Source: Paramoeba atlantica
Taxonomy: Eukaryota; Protista; Discosea
DNA: 64,000 nucleotides
Assembly: GCA_977017575.1 (NCBI GenBank)
Contig: CDRNVI010000070.1
Coordinates: forward strand, 124,001 to 188,000
Reading direction: 5' to 3'
The stretch's first letter is position 1. Each line of letters opens with the position of its first letter. Position numbers and translations under genes: made by a program. Positions 10,341-21,888 of this stretch are shown in pieces. Under the pieces are notes generated by a model, which was not told the DNA's origin, did not search any database, and saw only the letters and a list, made by a program, of their open reading frames with translations.

Positions 10341-11831
10341 ATGGCGTCTTCCCTGCCTGAATCAGAGCAAGCCCCCGACCTACGCGAAACCCCGGTACCC
10401 CCACTCACCCCCGCACGCCCCGCGCTTACGGTGGAGCGCGTCGTCCACGACATCGGGTTTGGTCGGTTCCAGTGGCAACTGCTCGTGCTGTGTGGGATTC
10501 CCATGATGGCGGACTCCATGGAGGCGCTCCTGATGGCCTTCGTGACGGAGACCGCCCAGGCGGACTACGGCTGCTCCCCCACCCACATGTCCTTTGTGGC
10601 GCTCTGTGTGTTCCTGGGCATGGCCCTCGGCTCCACGTTCTTCGGGTACCTCTCCGACCGGTTTGGGCGAAAAAAAGGCCTGTTCTGGAGTATGGCCGCG
10701 ACGGCGGTGTTTGGTGCGCTCAGCGCGCTGAGTCCGAATGTCTGGTGGCTCATGCTGCTGCGTGCGCTCACGGGGATTGGTATTGGGGGGTTTCACACAG
10801 GGGTTACGCTGTACACGGAGCTGTTGCCGACCCACACCCGGTCGCTGCAGCTTACGATTATTCAGTCCTTCTGGGCACTTGGGGTGTTGCTGCAGTGTGT
10901 GCTGGCGTGGACGATGTGTGAGTTGTCCTGGCGCTGGCTCGTGCTGGCCACCGCGGTGCCCGCGGCTATTAGCTGTACCACGTATCTTCTGATCCCGGAG
11001 AGTCCGCGGTTCTTGGTTCTCCATGATCGTCCGGAGGAGGCGAAAAAGGTATTGCTGCGTGCAGCGGTGAAAAATAAAAAGCTAGATGTACTTCCTGAAG
11101 CGTTTGATTTACGCTCTGGGGAAACTGTTACGGAAAGGGCCGGTATACGAGACCGTTTTGCACCGCTGGTTCGTACGGCCGCGATGCGGCGTTTGACTGT
11201 TACAGTGTCGTTAGTCTGGTTTACTGCACTGTTTTCGTACTATGGAGTTGTGTTCCTTACTGCACAGAGTAGTTATGGTATTAGCAATCGTTATGTCGAG
11301 CACCTTGTTGTTTCCTTCGCGGAAGTTCCCGCCTATGTTGGTACCTTCTTTTTCTCCATCCGATTTGGTCGTAAGAAGGGAATGATTATCTCGTCCACGT
11401 GTACGGCGTGCTGTATGCTTGTTTTAGCCTTTCAGGAATCAATTCCCCGAGAAGCCAATTTCTGTCTCATGTTTTTTTGTAGATGGAGCATTGCGATCTT
11501 TTTTGCCCTTGCTGTTCTTTATACTCCGGAGGCCTTTCCAACCAGTGTCAGAGCCACTGGTTTTGGCATTGCAAGCACATGTGCTAGAATCGGGTGCATG
11601 CTGACACCATTTGTCGCGATAAAAGTGCGCTCAGTGAGCGTACTTGCTGCAGCTATGGTTTATGTAGGTGTGCTTTGCGTAGGAGTAATCTCTTCTTGCC
11701 TGCTTCCTTTTGATACATCAAACAAATCGCTTCGCGAAAACGATTTGTCATTACTTTCTCATAATGATTCGTCTCTTGGGGCCTCCTCCCCACAGGTGCC
11801 AGCGAATAGTGAAGACGAAATCAAGGCATAA
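10341..11831 (+). CDS. MFS transporter, SV2/SVOP-like (paralog 3)
   Basis: GFGRFQW, ADSMEAL, SDRFGRK, PESPRFL, YTPEAFPTSVRATGFG. Confidence 0.9.
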   Translation: MASSLPESEQAPDLRETPVPPLTPARPALTVERVVHDIGFGRFQWQLLVLCGIPMMADSMEALLMAFVTETAQADYGCSPTHMSFVALCVFLGMALGSTFFGYLSDRFGRKKGLFWSMAATAVFGALSALSPNVWWLMLLRALTGIGIGGFHTGVTLYTELLPTHTRSLQLTIIQSFWALGVLLQCVLAWTMCELSWRWLVLATAVPAAISCTTYLLIPESPRFLVLHDRPEEAKKVLLRAAVKNKKLDVLPEAFDLRSGETVTERAGIRDRFAPLVRTAAMRRLTVTVSLVWFTALFSYYGVVFLTAQSSYGISNRYVEHLVVSFAEVPAYVGTFFFSIRFGRKKGMIISSTCTACCMLVLAFQESIPREANFCLMFFCRWSIAIFFALAVLYTPEAFPTSVRATGFGIASTCARIGCMLTPFVAIKVRSVSVLAAAMVYVGVLCVGVISSCLLPFDTSNKSLRENDLSLLSHNDSSLGASSPQVPANSEDEIKA

Positions 11832-12547
11832 TAACAAGAGTTAGGATACTTCTGGAAATTAGGGTTGTGTGTGTGCGACAACTTTAGTTTATTTCTGGTT
11901 TACAGTTAATTTAAGTAATTGATTGTAAGTAATCACTGTCGTAAATCGGTTATCTCGACCAGTAAATAATAATTTTAACTTAAATTCAAATGATTTGAAT
12001 ATTTCGGATAATGTGGTCGTGTAGTGTGATATGATAAACACTAGTTACTTTTCATAACTTTCCATAAGTTCACCTGTACGTGAATATTTCACGTAATAGC
12101 ACAATAGAAGAATGAAAAAACTCCTCTATCAACAAGACTAACGCCAAACTAAATTGTATGAATCCTGTGTTCCTGTAGGATTCTGAAACAGACATTTTTC
12201 AATAGTCCCATTTGGAGAGGCTTTCTGTTTTGTAATGTCAATCATGTGTATAATGTTAATAATTGGCACCACACTGTTTTTGCGTCGAACTGCAAGGGTA
12301 ACATTATTGCAACCGTAATAGGCGATTAAAACTGAGTTGACTGTCTTGTGTACAAGGACACGTATACGAATGGGTATTTATTTGCACGGGAACTACAAGT
12401 CAAATGTACTACTGAATTTTTATTCCATGACAAGCCGCATTAGTATTAAAATTTAGCCTTCAATAACTACAAAATAACTACGAATATATTTGAGTAAGCA
12501 CGCACTATACGGAAACGGACTGTAGGCTGAATATATCTATCACTAGC

Positions 12548-14011
12548 ATGAATGAAGGCCTCAAGGAGACGAGAAATGGTCAAGACGATGGGAAGACCGA
12601 TGAGACATCCTTGTCGGGCGATGTTTCATTGGAACCGGTGGTCTGCGAGAAAAACATTACGATCGAGGAAGCGCTTAGCCTTGCTGGCTTAGGTTCATAT
12701 CAGTGGCGACTTTTAATATCTTGCGCCGTCCCTTGCATTGCAGATGCCATGGAAGTCCTGCTCATGGCCTTTATTACTAACGAAGCTCAGTCTGATCTAG
12801 GATGTTCATCATGGGAAATATCTCTTATTGCAGCAGCAATGTTTTTCGGACAATTTATTGGTTCTCCAACATTGGGGTATTTGGCAGACAGGATAGGCCG
12901 ACGCAGGACAATTTTTATAGCCATGGTGTTACAATTTCTGATGGGCGCTTTAAGTGCGCTCAGTACTCAAGTTTGGATGTTGCTCGTGACGAGAATGTTG
13001 GTAGGGTTTTCAATTGGTGGGCTGCATGTATGTGTTACCCTGTATTCTGAATTTCTCCCTACTTTGGAAAGAACCTTTCCACTCACTTTGCTCCAAGCTT
13101 TCTGGCCTTTAGGTTCTTTGCTTCAGTGTTGCTTAGCGTGGGCAGTATTGCCTCGCACGTCTTGGCGGTACCTAGTTGCGATTAGTTGTATACCTTCTTT
13201 TGTTGGAATTATATCTTGCTGGTTTCTTCCGGAGAGTCCAAGGTACCTGCTGGTTCAGGGGTCATGCACAAAGTCAAAAAATATAATTCTTAAAATTGCC
13301 TCAGTAAATCGGCGCGCAATGTGTCTTCCAACTCATTTCAATCTTGTTTTTCATGAATCATGTTCAGGTCATAAAAAGAATTCCTTGCCTTCATCACGTA
13401 GAGTTTATCAGCTCTTGCATAACCCAGAGATGCGTCGCCTGACTCTTTGTTTATGCACCATTTGGTTTGCCACGTCTTTCGTGTATTGTGGTCTCGTTTT
13501 TCTAACATCAAACTTGCGGTTTTCCGCGCGATCCCCTTACTTATCTATGCTACTTGTTGTGCTTGCCGAACTACCTGCTTATGTAATAACTTTTTTGTTT
13601 TCTATGCGTCTGGGACGACGCCGGGGAATGATTCTGTCTTCCGCAGGAGGGGTTCTGTGTACAGCCGCACTCAGTCTTCAGGACTACATTCCTTTTCCGG
13701 CGACAATTAGTTTTATGTGCGGTAGTCGCTTATGTCTTGCTGTATTATTTGCTTTGGCTGTGCTTTACACACCGGAGGCTTTTCCGACCCAAGCACGTTC
13801 CACTGGCGTGGGTCTTACCATGGCGTGTGCACGATTCGCTGGAATCTGGACTCCGTTTGTCGCGATATCGCTTCATTCAGTTCAAGTGATCGCCACTGCC
13901 TCCACGTATGCAGTAATCTTATGTATAGGAACGGCTGCTGCTGTATGTCTACCTTTTGATACCCACAATCGTCCTCTAGATGATGTTGTGGATGATTCTG
14001 ATAGTAACTAA
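12548..14011 (+). CDS. MFS transporter, SV2/SVOP-like (paralog 4)
   Basis: GLGSYQW, ADAMEVL, ADRIGRR, PESPRYL, YTPEAFPTQARSTGVG. Confidence 0.9.
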   Translation: MNEGLKETRNGQDDGKTDETSLSGDVSLEPVVCEKNITIEEALSLAGLGSYQWRLLISCAVPCIADAMEVLLMAFITNEAQSDLGCSSWEISLIAAAMFFGQFIGSPTLGYLADRIGRRRTIFIAMVLQFLMGALSALSTQVWMLLVTRMLVGFSIGGLHVCVTLYSEFLPTLERTFPLTLLQAFWPLGSLLQCCLAWAVLPRTSWRYLVAISCIPSFVGIISCWFLPESPRYLLVQGSCTKSKNIILKIASVNRRAMCLPTHFNLVFHESCSGHKKNSLPSSRRVYQLLHNPEMRRLTLCLCTIWFATSFVYCGLVFLTSNLRFSARSPYLSMLLVVLAELPAYVITFLFSMRLGRRRGMILSSAGGVLCTAALSLQDYIPFPATISFMCGSRLCLAVLFALAVLYTPEAFPTQARSTGVGLTMACARFAGIWTPFVAISLHSVQVIATASTYAVILCIGTAAAVCLPFDTHNRPLDDVVDDSDSN

Positions 14012-14465
14012 GAATTACGGTCATATCAATTCTTGTTTACATTGGTAATATTTAAGTTATTACCAAGTACTAAAGAGATTAAATTTAAGGTGCCAAAATA
14101 ATTTAACTGAGGTTTATCCACCGTTGCTGATTTCCAGATGTTGCTTAACATTGTTCGCGTAAATGAAAGTTTCGTTAATCAGACACTTCACCACATAATC
14201 GTAAATAAGGATTCTAAAATTTACATCTAAGCGCGCATTCAATAAAAGAATATACTGTAGAAGAGCATACTATAAAAGAATCGGTGGAATCTCCGATCGA
14301 TGGGTAGTCACGCACAAAGAGAAATACAAAAACAAACGAGGAGAGATTTGTTTCTAAAGAAATATATTTCAACCTACTTTTATACTTCCTGTTATACACG
14401 GAGTTCTTCGAATAACTACTGTACTTCGCAGTGGCTAGTTGGTATTTGCATGTATAAAGGTTTTT

Positions 14466-15191
14466 ATGTTTTCCCCCGAAGATGTGCGCAGAATATCACC
14501 AGAACGCGCTATTTTCCGAGAGCCTCTCGAGCTTGTGTGTGAATCAAAAGGAAGGCGTTTGCCCCGGGACAGTAAGAATCCACGATGGACACCTGGTGTC
14601 CACCGCTTTTCTTTTACAATAGTTCGTCCGGATCTAAAATCTTTAGAACCTCAGAAGGCGGATGGTGGTGATGAGTTTGCTACGCAATCGTTTAAAGATA
14701 GATGTAAGAAAGAGTCATGTTTAACTTTTTCTATGCTCCGTATGCGGTGCACAATCTTGCAACTCGAAGCTGCAGATAATAAACCTAAGAGGTCCAGGAA
14801 TGCGGCAGCGTCATCAAGGAGTTCGACGCTACCGCACTATATCAAAGCGCCTTGGGCTACTGATGCCTCGATAATGTTAAAAGCGGACGATGTTCTTTCA
14901 AAGTGTGTATCATCAAAGGCCTACAACCTGGGCAAACCAAGTTCGTATTCGTTTATGATGGCAGTTGATCTCAACACGAGATCCTATGGGAAGGAGAACA
15001 ATTATATGAAAACTGGTCATACGCTTTCCAATGTGTATTCGCTATTGTTTACCTTGGAACCGGTAGAAAATACGGAGACACACGTGCTATGGAAAATGTT
15101 TCTACGGACTGTGGATCTTGATTCCGATCTTTGTCCCCTTTTCCCATTTTGCTTGGGCTCCTATTGCACAAACCAGTTTCAGTTATACTAA
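14466..15191 (+). CDS. Hypothetical protein
   Basis: About 240-aa + strand ORF in the gene run; first ATG at 14466; no family recognised. Confidence 0.6.
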   Translation: MFSPEDVRRISPERAIFREPLELVCESKGRRLPRDSKNPRWTPGVHRFSFTIVRPDLKSLEPQKADGGDEFATQSFKDRCKKESCLTFSMLRMRCTILQLEAADNKPKRSRNAAASSRSSTLPHYIKAPWATDASIMLKADDVLSKCVSSKAYNLGKPSSYSFMMAVDLNTRSYGKENNYMKTGHTLSNVYSLLFTLEPVENTETHVLWKMFLRTVDLDSDLCPLFPFCLGSYCTNQFQLY

Positions 15192-15404
15192 ACTGTTTTT
15201 TCCGTTGTTTGAGTTTGATATTATACCGCTGGAGCTCTGTATAATGAGTGTATCTAAATGAGTGATAAATGAGTGTAACCAAATATTAAGATTGTTTTTT
15301 GAAACTTTTAAAGAAATGCTAAATTCGGGTAAAGTTTACTTAGTTTTCTTTGCTAATAAAGAGTATACTATGGATTGAACGTATAGCTGATTTATCTTAG
15401 AGCA

Positions 15405-18400
15405 ATGTCGTGTGACACTGGGGCACTTGGAGAGAACTCGCTTTTTCTACCACAAGACACGACAAGATCACGATCAAGATCGTTTGCGGCGGAACTCAAT
15501 TGGTGTGAGCTGCTTTACCAGGAGTTGTTGATTCTAGGAAAAGAATTGCAAATACATGACGATGCCGGAACTATGAGTAGGTATACATCTCTCATTAAGA
15601 CATCTCTAACAAAAGTATCTGTTATATCTCGCGGTTCCAGAATTCCAGTTATAAATTTCGAAATCTTAGATCCTTTATTTGCAATTGCGGAAGGTGAAGA
15701 AACATCCCATACAATGACAGCACGCGTTTTTTCTTGCTTTCTTGCTCTCCTGCGAATGTGTTCGTCAGACATCACTATAAGCAACTTAAGCGATATTATT
15801 GAATCAGTTTCGCGCTCCCGTTGGGAGTTAACTGATGCTGCTGATCACGAAAGTACCGTGGCTAATGGTATTGAAGTTTTAAGAGAATGTGTACGTCACA
15901 GAGCCTATATAAAGCTCGATAATGCTGTTCACGTTAATTTGCTTGCATACAGTTTATTCATGGCCATTCAAATGGAAAGTTCTAACCTTCTTCGGAATGC
16001 TGGAATGCAAACAATCCTTACGATTTGTGAGGTGGGGTTTATTAATGCTGCGAGCGCAGATGATGCAGATAAGATCTGCACAGTCATAAAACAGATCTCC
16101 GTTTGGATTTCATGCCGAAATGCGCAGGACGTTCAATCGCAACTTCTGAATGTGTCGGACACGCCTTATCACTGCACTCCTGATGACGCCGCTTCCTTGA
16201 GAGTTCAGTTAATTGGTCTACATGCAGCTCACCGATTGGTCTTTTCCATTCCTCACAGCTTGTTTTGTGTTCCAAACATAGAACATGCACTCTTCTATAA
16301 TGTGGGCAGAATGGTCTTAGAAGTTGTGAGCAATGTCAAACTAGGTGAGCAATCACGACAGTTGGCACGTCATGTTGTGCATACTTTATTTCGCATAAAT
16401 CCAGTAAAAGCTGCCCCACTCACATTGAGTGTAGCTGGTCTTTTACTGTTTCCTTCTTGCAGAAGTAGCAACAGTGCCTTTAATGTGTCGCGATGCCTTG
16501 CGGATGTTTCCTCAGAAGCGATGTGCAGCCCACCTATGGACGATACGTTACAGTGGATGTGTCAACTGTGTTCAGATCCAAGATTTGTTCTCCATTCATG
16601 TTCAGAATATGACCTTCATCGTTTTAAGCCCGACGTATTTGCCACTGTTTGTAGGCATATTTTATTTATGCTCTCCTCCAGTCAACCGGTGAAGGAGAAA
16701 GAACTAGCAATGCAAGCTATAGTGAACATTCTAACGAGCTTAGCTACTGTATTGTACAAGAATACAACGATAGAGTGTTCGCCTCACGTGCTCGACATTT
16801 ATGAGCAAGCCGCACTACGAAAAACAAAAGTGCAATCATTCCTGGAAACTTTTTCCGAATCCCCATTAGATGCGGTTTCACTGCTTGGGACCATATTTTC
16901 ATTCACTTCTGACGAACTACAAATAGAGGGTTTTCAAGTTGGAAAACAGTTTTATCTATTGCGTCATTCGCTGGATAAAACGAAACTAGGATGTTTTTTA
17001 ACAGATATCGGTTCGAAAAGCGATTCTGTGATCCGAAGTGCGGTCAAGGATCACGTCGAGTTTCACCGCACGCTTCTTCAGGGTTTTATTGAGAGCCACG
17101 ATTTTGAAGGAAAAGCGTTGATTACATCTCTTCGTGAAACGTTAGCAGGATTTCACATGCCAGGAGAAGCTCAGAAGATCGATCGTGTTATCGAGACATT
17201 TTCGCAGTCATGGTATTCCTTGAACCATACAAACGCTGCAGTGAATCCATTCCCTAGCGTTGAGTTGGCGTTTCTTTATACATTTAGTTGTGTCATATTG
17301 GCGACAAATTTGCACAACCCTTCTGTTTCTTCAAGAGAAAAAATGTCAGAAGAGACGTTTACGCAGATGATATCTGGTGCCAATGGGGCAGAATCAATTC
17401 CACAGGACTACATTGCAACGACATTCCGCGACATTTCTCATATGCCATTATCATTACGTGATCCCATTTATGAAATTCAGGTTGATAAAAATTGGTACGA
17501 AATGATTCTGGAACAACACACAAAAAGCTTATGGGATGAAACATCACCAGGTAGAGCAATTATTGACTCTACACTCGAAACTCCATCGACCTTAGTGGAT
17601 GCAGCATTACTTGCCTTTCTAGTAGCAAAAGACCACATTCTTACTGCACTTTCGGCAGGTTTGGCAACGGAATATGAAAACAAAATTAATTTGCAACAAA
17701 CTTCTCCTTCAGACTGTGGAGGTATTCTGTGCCCGAAAGTCCCTGTTCGTCTGGATGCAGAAATAGTATTGCACCAGTTAATGTCTGTTGAAGCATTATT
17801 ACCTCTTGACCATGTCTCGATAATAGGAGAATCTTACCGCTGGTTGGCTTTGCTGGCAAATAGATTGCAGGATACGGAGTTTATGAATAAAATATTGTTG
17901 TCGCTTTTTCCATATACTATGGACTACTCGCTTACACGCATTGACGTCTCTTCCGCTAGGCCAGATAGTGCAGTGAAAAATTTGTCTGTGAGCGTAATTC
18001 TTAACATAGTGCATTTGTATTCTTCACATATTCGCGAAACTTGGCCTGATGTGTTTGGACTAATGACTCGACTTTTTCTGTTAGGCATGTGGCCAGACCA
18101 GAAGGTCAAGTCGCTTGGTGCTGGGCAAGGAGGTGGCGCTCACACACTTGCCAGTATGAACTTCATCATGGACACGATGAGGTCCAACACGTTCAGCTTC
18201 ATCTTTTTTTCTTATATGCCTTCAAATGGTGTAAGACGGGAAAGTCATGAAGGCCAGACAAAAAACTCTGAGAATGATGGTTGGTTCGGACCTTTAGCCA
18301 AAGGATCTGAGCAGGGTGTTTCCACTGAGGAATCATCCACAAGATCAAATGATGATCGATCATTGCTTCAGGGATATAGTATTCCACAATTTTTTTGCAC

Positions 18401-20033
18401 CTGGGCAATTGCATTATCAGACACCGATCTGAACTGTTTAGCTCAACACATGCTATCTCAACTGCCTACGACATGGGAATGCCTTCCGCTTGAAATTACA
18501 ATTGCGGAATCAATCTGTTTTCATTTGCATAGTGTATCATTGTTGGCTGAGTACGCGTTTCATAGATTACCAAGCCTTTTGGACTTAGTGGCAAGCCGAC
18601 TCTTGAACATGTTATCTTTACTGTCATATGCTGCCGAGGAATCATGTAAGGAGAAAGAGGAACCTGCGGGACTTGTTCCCTTGAGCTGCGAGATTCTTGG
18701 AATACAAACTACGATCGCATTATTACACTTTTGTACAATAAGGCCTTATTCCAGTATTTGGTATGACGTATTCGATGCAATGTCGGCACTCAACGTTCAT
18801 GTTTGGAGGAAATGTATTTCAGTGCCCCTGTGTGGGTGGTTATCAGGTACTCATCTAAACAACACCTCTTTTGTGACTCCGCAGTCCAGACGAGATAGAG
18901 CATTTCTTCGATGCGCTCAGATAGCTATACTACATTGCGAGCACCGCGCAGCGCGGGAAGAACTATGGAAGTGGATGTGCCACTTTCTTGAGAAGAACGA
19001 ATTATCTCATCATATTGGTGACATACTACCAGAGATAATCTCTTTAATCGACTTGTCCAGCACGACGCAACAGTTGACGAGTTTTTCTCAATCAGGACCG
19101 AAGCATGTAGCTAGCAATGCTGCATACATAAATACTGAACTTGATGTGCAACATCCCTTGAAAAAAATTAAATGCAATGAGGAGGCGCAACTCAATTCGA
19201 AAGATAGTATAGATATTACTGCTATTTTGTCAGAACTCCTCATTTTTTTGAAGAAACTAACTTCTGCAGCAGGTTCTGACTCCATGTCATGGAAAAACAG
19301 TTGGTCGTCAGTAACAAAATGCTTGGTTATACTGCCCAGTTTACGAGGCGGCGATTACTGGGTAACCACGAAGGCAGTTTTGCATACTTTTGTCGAATTT
19401 GAGTCATTAGAAACCATCAACGTCTCTCCGGATATAATTTCCGAGGTTTTTGGAATTACGGTTGACTTTGTTCAAGAAATATTTACCGAAAAACGAGTTA
19501 TAGGCGTATCCGAATGTAGCACAGAAGATATAGAGAAGGGCTATCGCAGCGCTGACCAAACACAGGGAGGCTTTAGCTATATTTTTAGCAGACTTCTTTG
19601 GTCACCATCGACGGCTGAATCGAGTGCAACTGGGGCACCACAGCTTGTTGAGTCATTACCATCACCCTCGAGAATAGAAGCTGCGAGAGTCGGTATGAGC
19701 CTCATCACTAAACTCTTTGTAAAATGGGTATATCAACTTTCTCAAGCTCAAGTTGGGCTATTCAAGAGGTGGAAATCTGTTCTTGAGCTGTTAAACGACG
19801 CCTTTGTCAATTCGAAAACCGGTCTGTCTGAGGCTCTGCGTGCGGAGGCGTTGGAATGCTACAAGACTTTACTTTGGTCACTCCAACTTTCAACTAGCCT
19901 TAATCATAAAATCAAAGACCTTGAAAAAAACTCAGAATTCTGGACTCAGACAAAATTGTGGCTAATTGCAGAGTCTCGTATGCCCATACTTGAGGATTCA
20001 ATATTTAACATCAATTCTATGTCTGTGCCTTGA
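15405..20033 (+). CDS. GBF1: Large Sec7-domain Arf GEF, GBF1/Gea-like
   Basis: Sec7 motifs FHMPGEAQKIDRVIETFS (glutamate finger) and LATNLHNPSV; N-terminal DCB-like segment SRWELTDAADHE; 1542 aa. Confidence 0.8.
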   Translation: MSCDTGALGENSLFLPQDTTRSRSRSFAAELNWCELLYQELLILGKELQIHDDAGTMSRYTSLIKTSLTKVSVISRGSRIPVINFEILDPLFAIAEGEETSHTMTARVFSCFLALLRMCSSDITISNLSDIIESVSRSRWELTDAADHESTVANGIEVLRECVRHRAYIKLDNAVHVNLLAYSLFMAIQMESSNLLRNAGMQTILTICEVGFINAASADDADKICTVIKQISVWISCRNAQDVQSQLLNVSDTPYHCTPDDAASLRVQLIGLHAAHRLVFSIPHSLFCVPNIEHALFYNVGRMVLEVVSNVKLGEQSRQLARHVVHTLFRINPVKAAPLTLSVAGLLLFPSCRSSNSAFNVSRCLADVSSEAMCSPPMDDTLQWMCQLCSDPRFVLHSCSEYDLHRFKPDVFATVCRHILFMLSSSQPVKEKELAMQAIVNILTSLATVLYKNTTIECSPHVLDIYEQAALRKTKVQSFLETFSESPLDAVSLLGTIFSFTSDELQIEGFQVGKQFYLLRHSLDKTKLGCFLTDIGSKSDSVIRSAVKDHVEFHRTLLQGFIESHDFEGKALITSLRETLAGFHMPGEAQKIDRVIETFSQSWYSLNHTNAAVNPFPSVELAFLYTFSCVILATNLHNPSVSSREKMSEETFTQMISGANGAESIPQDYIATTFRDISHMPLSLRDPIYEIQVDKNWYEMILEQHTKSLWDETSPGRAIIDSTLETPSTLVDAALLAFLVAKDHILTALSAGLATEYENKINLQQTSPSDCGGILCPKVPVRLDAEIVLHQLMSVEALLPLDHVSIIGESYRWLALLANRLQDTEFMNKILLSLFPYTMDYSLTRIDVSSARPDSAVKNLSVSVILNIVHLYSSHIRETWPDVFGLMTRLFLLGMWPDQKVKSLGAGQGGGAHTLASMNFIMDTMRSNTFSFIFFSYMPSNGVRRESHEGQTKNSENDGWFGPLAKGSEQGVSTEESSTRSNDDRSLLQGYSIPQFFCTWAIALSDTDLNCLAQHMLSQLPTTWECLPLEITIAESICFHLHSVSLLAEYAFHRLPSLLDLVASRLLNMLSLLSYAAEESCKEKEEPAGLVPLSCEILGIQTTIALLHFCTIRPYSSIWYDVFDAMSALNVHVWRKCISVPLCGWLSGTHLNNTSFVTPQSRRDRAFLRCAQIAILHCEHRAAREELWKWMCHFLEKNELSHHIGDILPEIISLIDLSSTTQQLTSFSQSGPKHVASNAAYINTELDVQHPLKKIKCNEEAQLNSKDSIDITAILSELLIFLKKLTSAAGSDSMSWKNSWSSVTKCLVILPSLRGGDYWVTTKAVLHTFVEFESLETINVSPDIISEVFGITVDFVQEIFTEKRVIGVSECSTEDIEKGYRSADQTQGGFSYIFSRLLWSPSTAESSATGAPQLVESLPSPSRIEAARVGMSLITKLFVKWVYQLSQAQVGLFKRWKSVLELLNDAFVNSKTGLSEALRAEALECYKTLLWSLQLSTSLNHKIKDLEKNSEFWTQTKLWLIAESRMPILEDSIFNINSMSVP

Positions 20034-21090
20034 AGGATACTTTGTTAATGTATTTCTGTGTCCTGTTCTAGGAAATGTACACGTTCCCGGGCGTATTCTT
20101 ATTGCAAGTGATTCCCACTCGAATGACAATTTGACAGTACTCGAAAAGGTTCGAGGATAAGATCCTCGAAAAACGATTTATATTTTATGTGCCGATTTAG
20201 TTTCTTCTCTAAAAATCTTTTAATCGCTATGTTCTCAGTAATATTGCGCTAGATACTCCAGTAGTATGCGAACATACGATTGAAATTTCGATTGAAATAG
20301 CATTACGATTGAAATAGCGTAATGAGGAAAACCACAACCTTGTATTGCTAGACGTTCTGAAAGGAAGCAGTAAATTTCCGGCAAGGTGCACAATATGTGG
20401 TCCATTCGAAGAGGATTCTAAGAATTTCTACTCGGACTGGTACGTAGACAACCAGACCCCATACAATACGAGCCCAATGCAAGGCGTGTTGCATGGCACT
20501 TCAATACATAGAGGAACCGGTCATTCTTCTGAGGCTGGTCTGTAATTCTATTTGGCGTGGTCTCCTTACTACTATAGGCGCTTTCCCGAATGAGTTCACC
20601 GGTATCATTTACTATGCAACGCACCGTAATATAACGTCATAACAGCGACCTACAAGTGAACCTGAGAAGCGGTGTTGGCCTCTTACCTTACGAATCAATC
20701 GGTGAAGGGCCTGGCTTGCCAGTAGCCGCCAGTAGAGAGTATAGGCCTCGGCATGACGAATACTACCGAGCTTGCACTAGGTGAGAAAACAGGATCTAAA
20801 CTAAATATATAGATTGGTTGGCTAAATAAAAATCAATCGACTTACCAGATTTTAGACGGCACTCGTTGGATCTAGAAGTCTTGTACTCATCAAATGGAAA
20901 TTTTAGAAGCGGATATTAATCCTTGGAGCATAGCGCGCATCGGGCACTTGGGATATCATCGTCAATGTTGCAATGCGATACATGCTCTGAAACATACCGA
21001 CTTATTATTAAATATCAGCGCAACAGTTCTAATCGAATTGTGAAGTCTACATTTACTTACTTAGCTTCGTAACTTATTCATTAATAATTC

Positions 21091-21888
21091 ATGCGAATTC
21101 CGGACGAGCAGAAAGTATGCGTACGAGGTATGCCTGCCGGGGTGACGGAAGATGAGGTTCGCGATTTCTTCGGGTCATGTGGAACTATCGTTGACATCTA
21201 TCTCAAGGACAATGGTTTGGACACGTTCGGTTTTGTAGGTTTCGAGAGCCTTTCCAGCCAGGCTGATGCAATGCGTTTTGATGGGCGTGACTTCAAGGGA
21301 TCCAACATTCGTGTAGAGGCGAAAGGTCGCCCTCGCGGTGGAGGAGGAGGAGCCAGCGGTCGTGATGCGTTTAAGGTATTCGTTGGAGGACTGGCACGTG
21401 AACTTTCGGATGACGAGATTCGCTCCTTCTTTGAAAAGAAAGTTGGTTCAATTACGGACTTCTTTCGCAAGGAGGAGGGCCCATTCGCATTTGTCGGATT
21501 TGGGTCAGCCCGTGAACAAGCAGAAGCTATGCGAATGGATGGGCAGGATCTGGGTGGAAGTCGCATTCGTGTGCAACCGAAGGGTGGTGCACCACCTCCC
21601 CCTCCGAATGAGCGGTCGCGGAGCCCTGAACGCCGTCGCTTCAATTCTCGAAGCCCCCCTCGCCGTCGCTATGACTCTCGCAGCCCCCCACGCCGTCGCT
21701 ATGATTCTCGCAGCCCCCCACGCCGTCGCCAGGACTCTCGTAGTCCCCCACGTCGACGATACGATTCACGCAGCCCCCCTCGTGGACGATATGAACCCCG
21801 GGAACGGGCTTCGCGTTATTCACCCGCTCGTCGTGATGGTCGGGACGCCTCCAACTCTCCCAAACGTCGCCGACGAAGCCGATCTTAA
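21091..21888 (+). CDS. SR-type RNA-binding protein (2 RRM + RS domain), TSR1-like, copy 1
   Basis: Two RRMs (RNP1-like FGFVGF and FAFVGF); C-terminal RRRYDSRSPP decamer repeats. Confidence 0.85.
   Translation: MRIPDEQKVCVRGMPAGVTEDEVRDFFGSCGTIVDIYLKDNGLDTFGFVGFESLSSQADAMRFDGRDFKGSNIRVEAKGRPRGGGGGASGRDAFKVFVGGLARELSDDEIRSFFEKKVGSITDFFRKEEGPFAFVGFGSAREQAEAMRMDGQDLGGSRIRVQPKGGAPPPPPNERSRSPERRRFNSRSPPRRRYDSRSPPRRRYDSRSPPRRRQDSRSPPRRRYDSRSPPRGRYEPRERASRYSPARRDGRDASNSPKRRRRSRS

Noticed and set aside
10380-11024. Long antisense and alternate-frame ORFs in GC-rich zones (also 22980-23753, 40614-41159, 51680-52559)
   Set aside because: Shadows of real + strand genes in stop-poor GC-rich islands; low-complexity translations with no motifs
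20040-21090. 1-kb gap with short ORFs and CGATTGAAAT x3; considered as snoRNA or retroelement relic
   Set aside because: No convincing C/D box pair, tRNA fold or recognisable protein remnant
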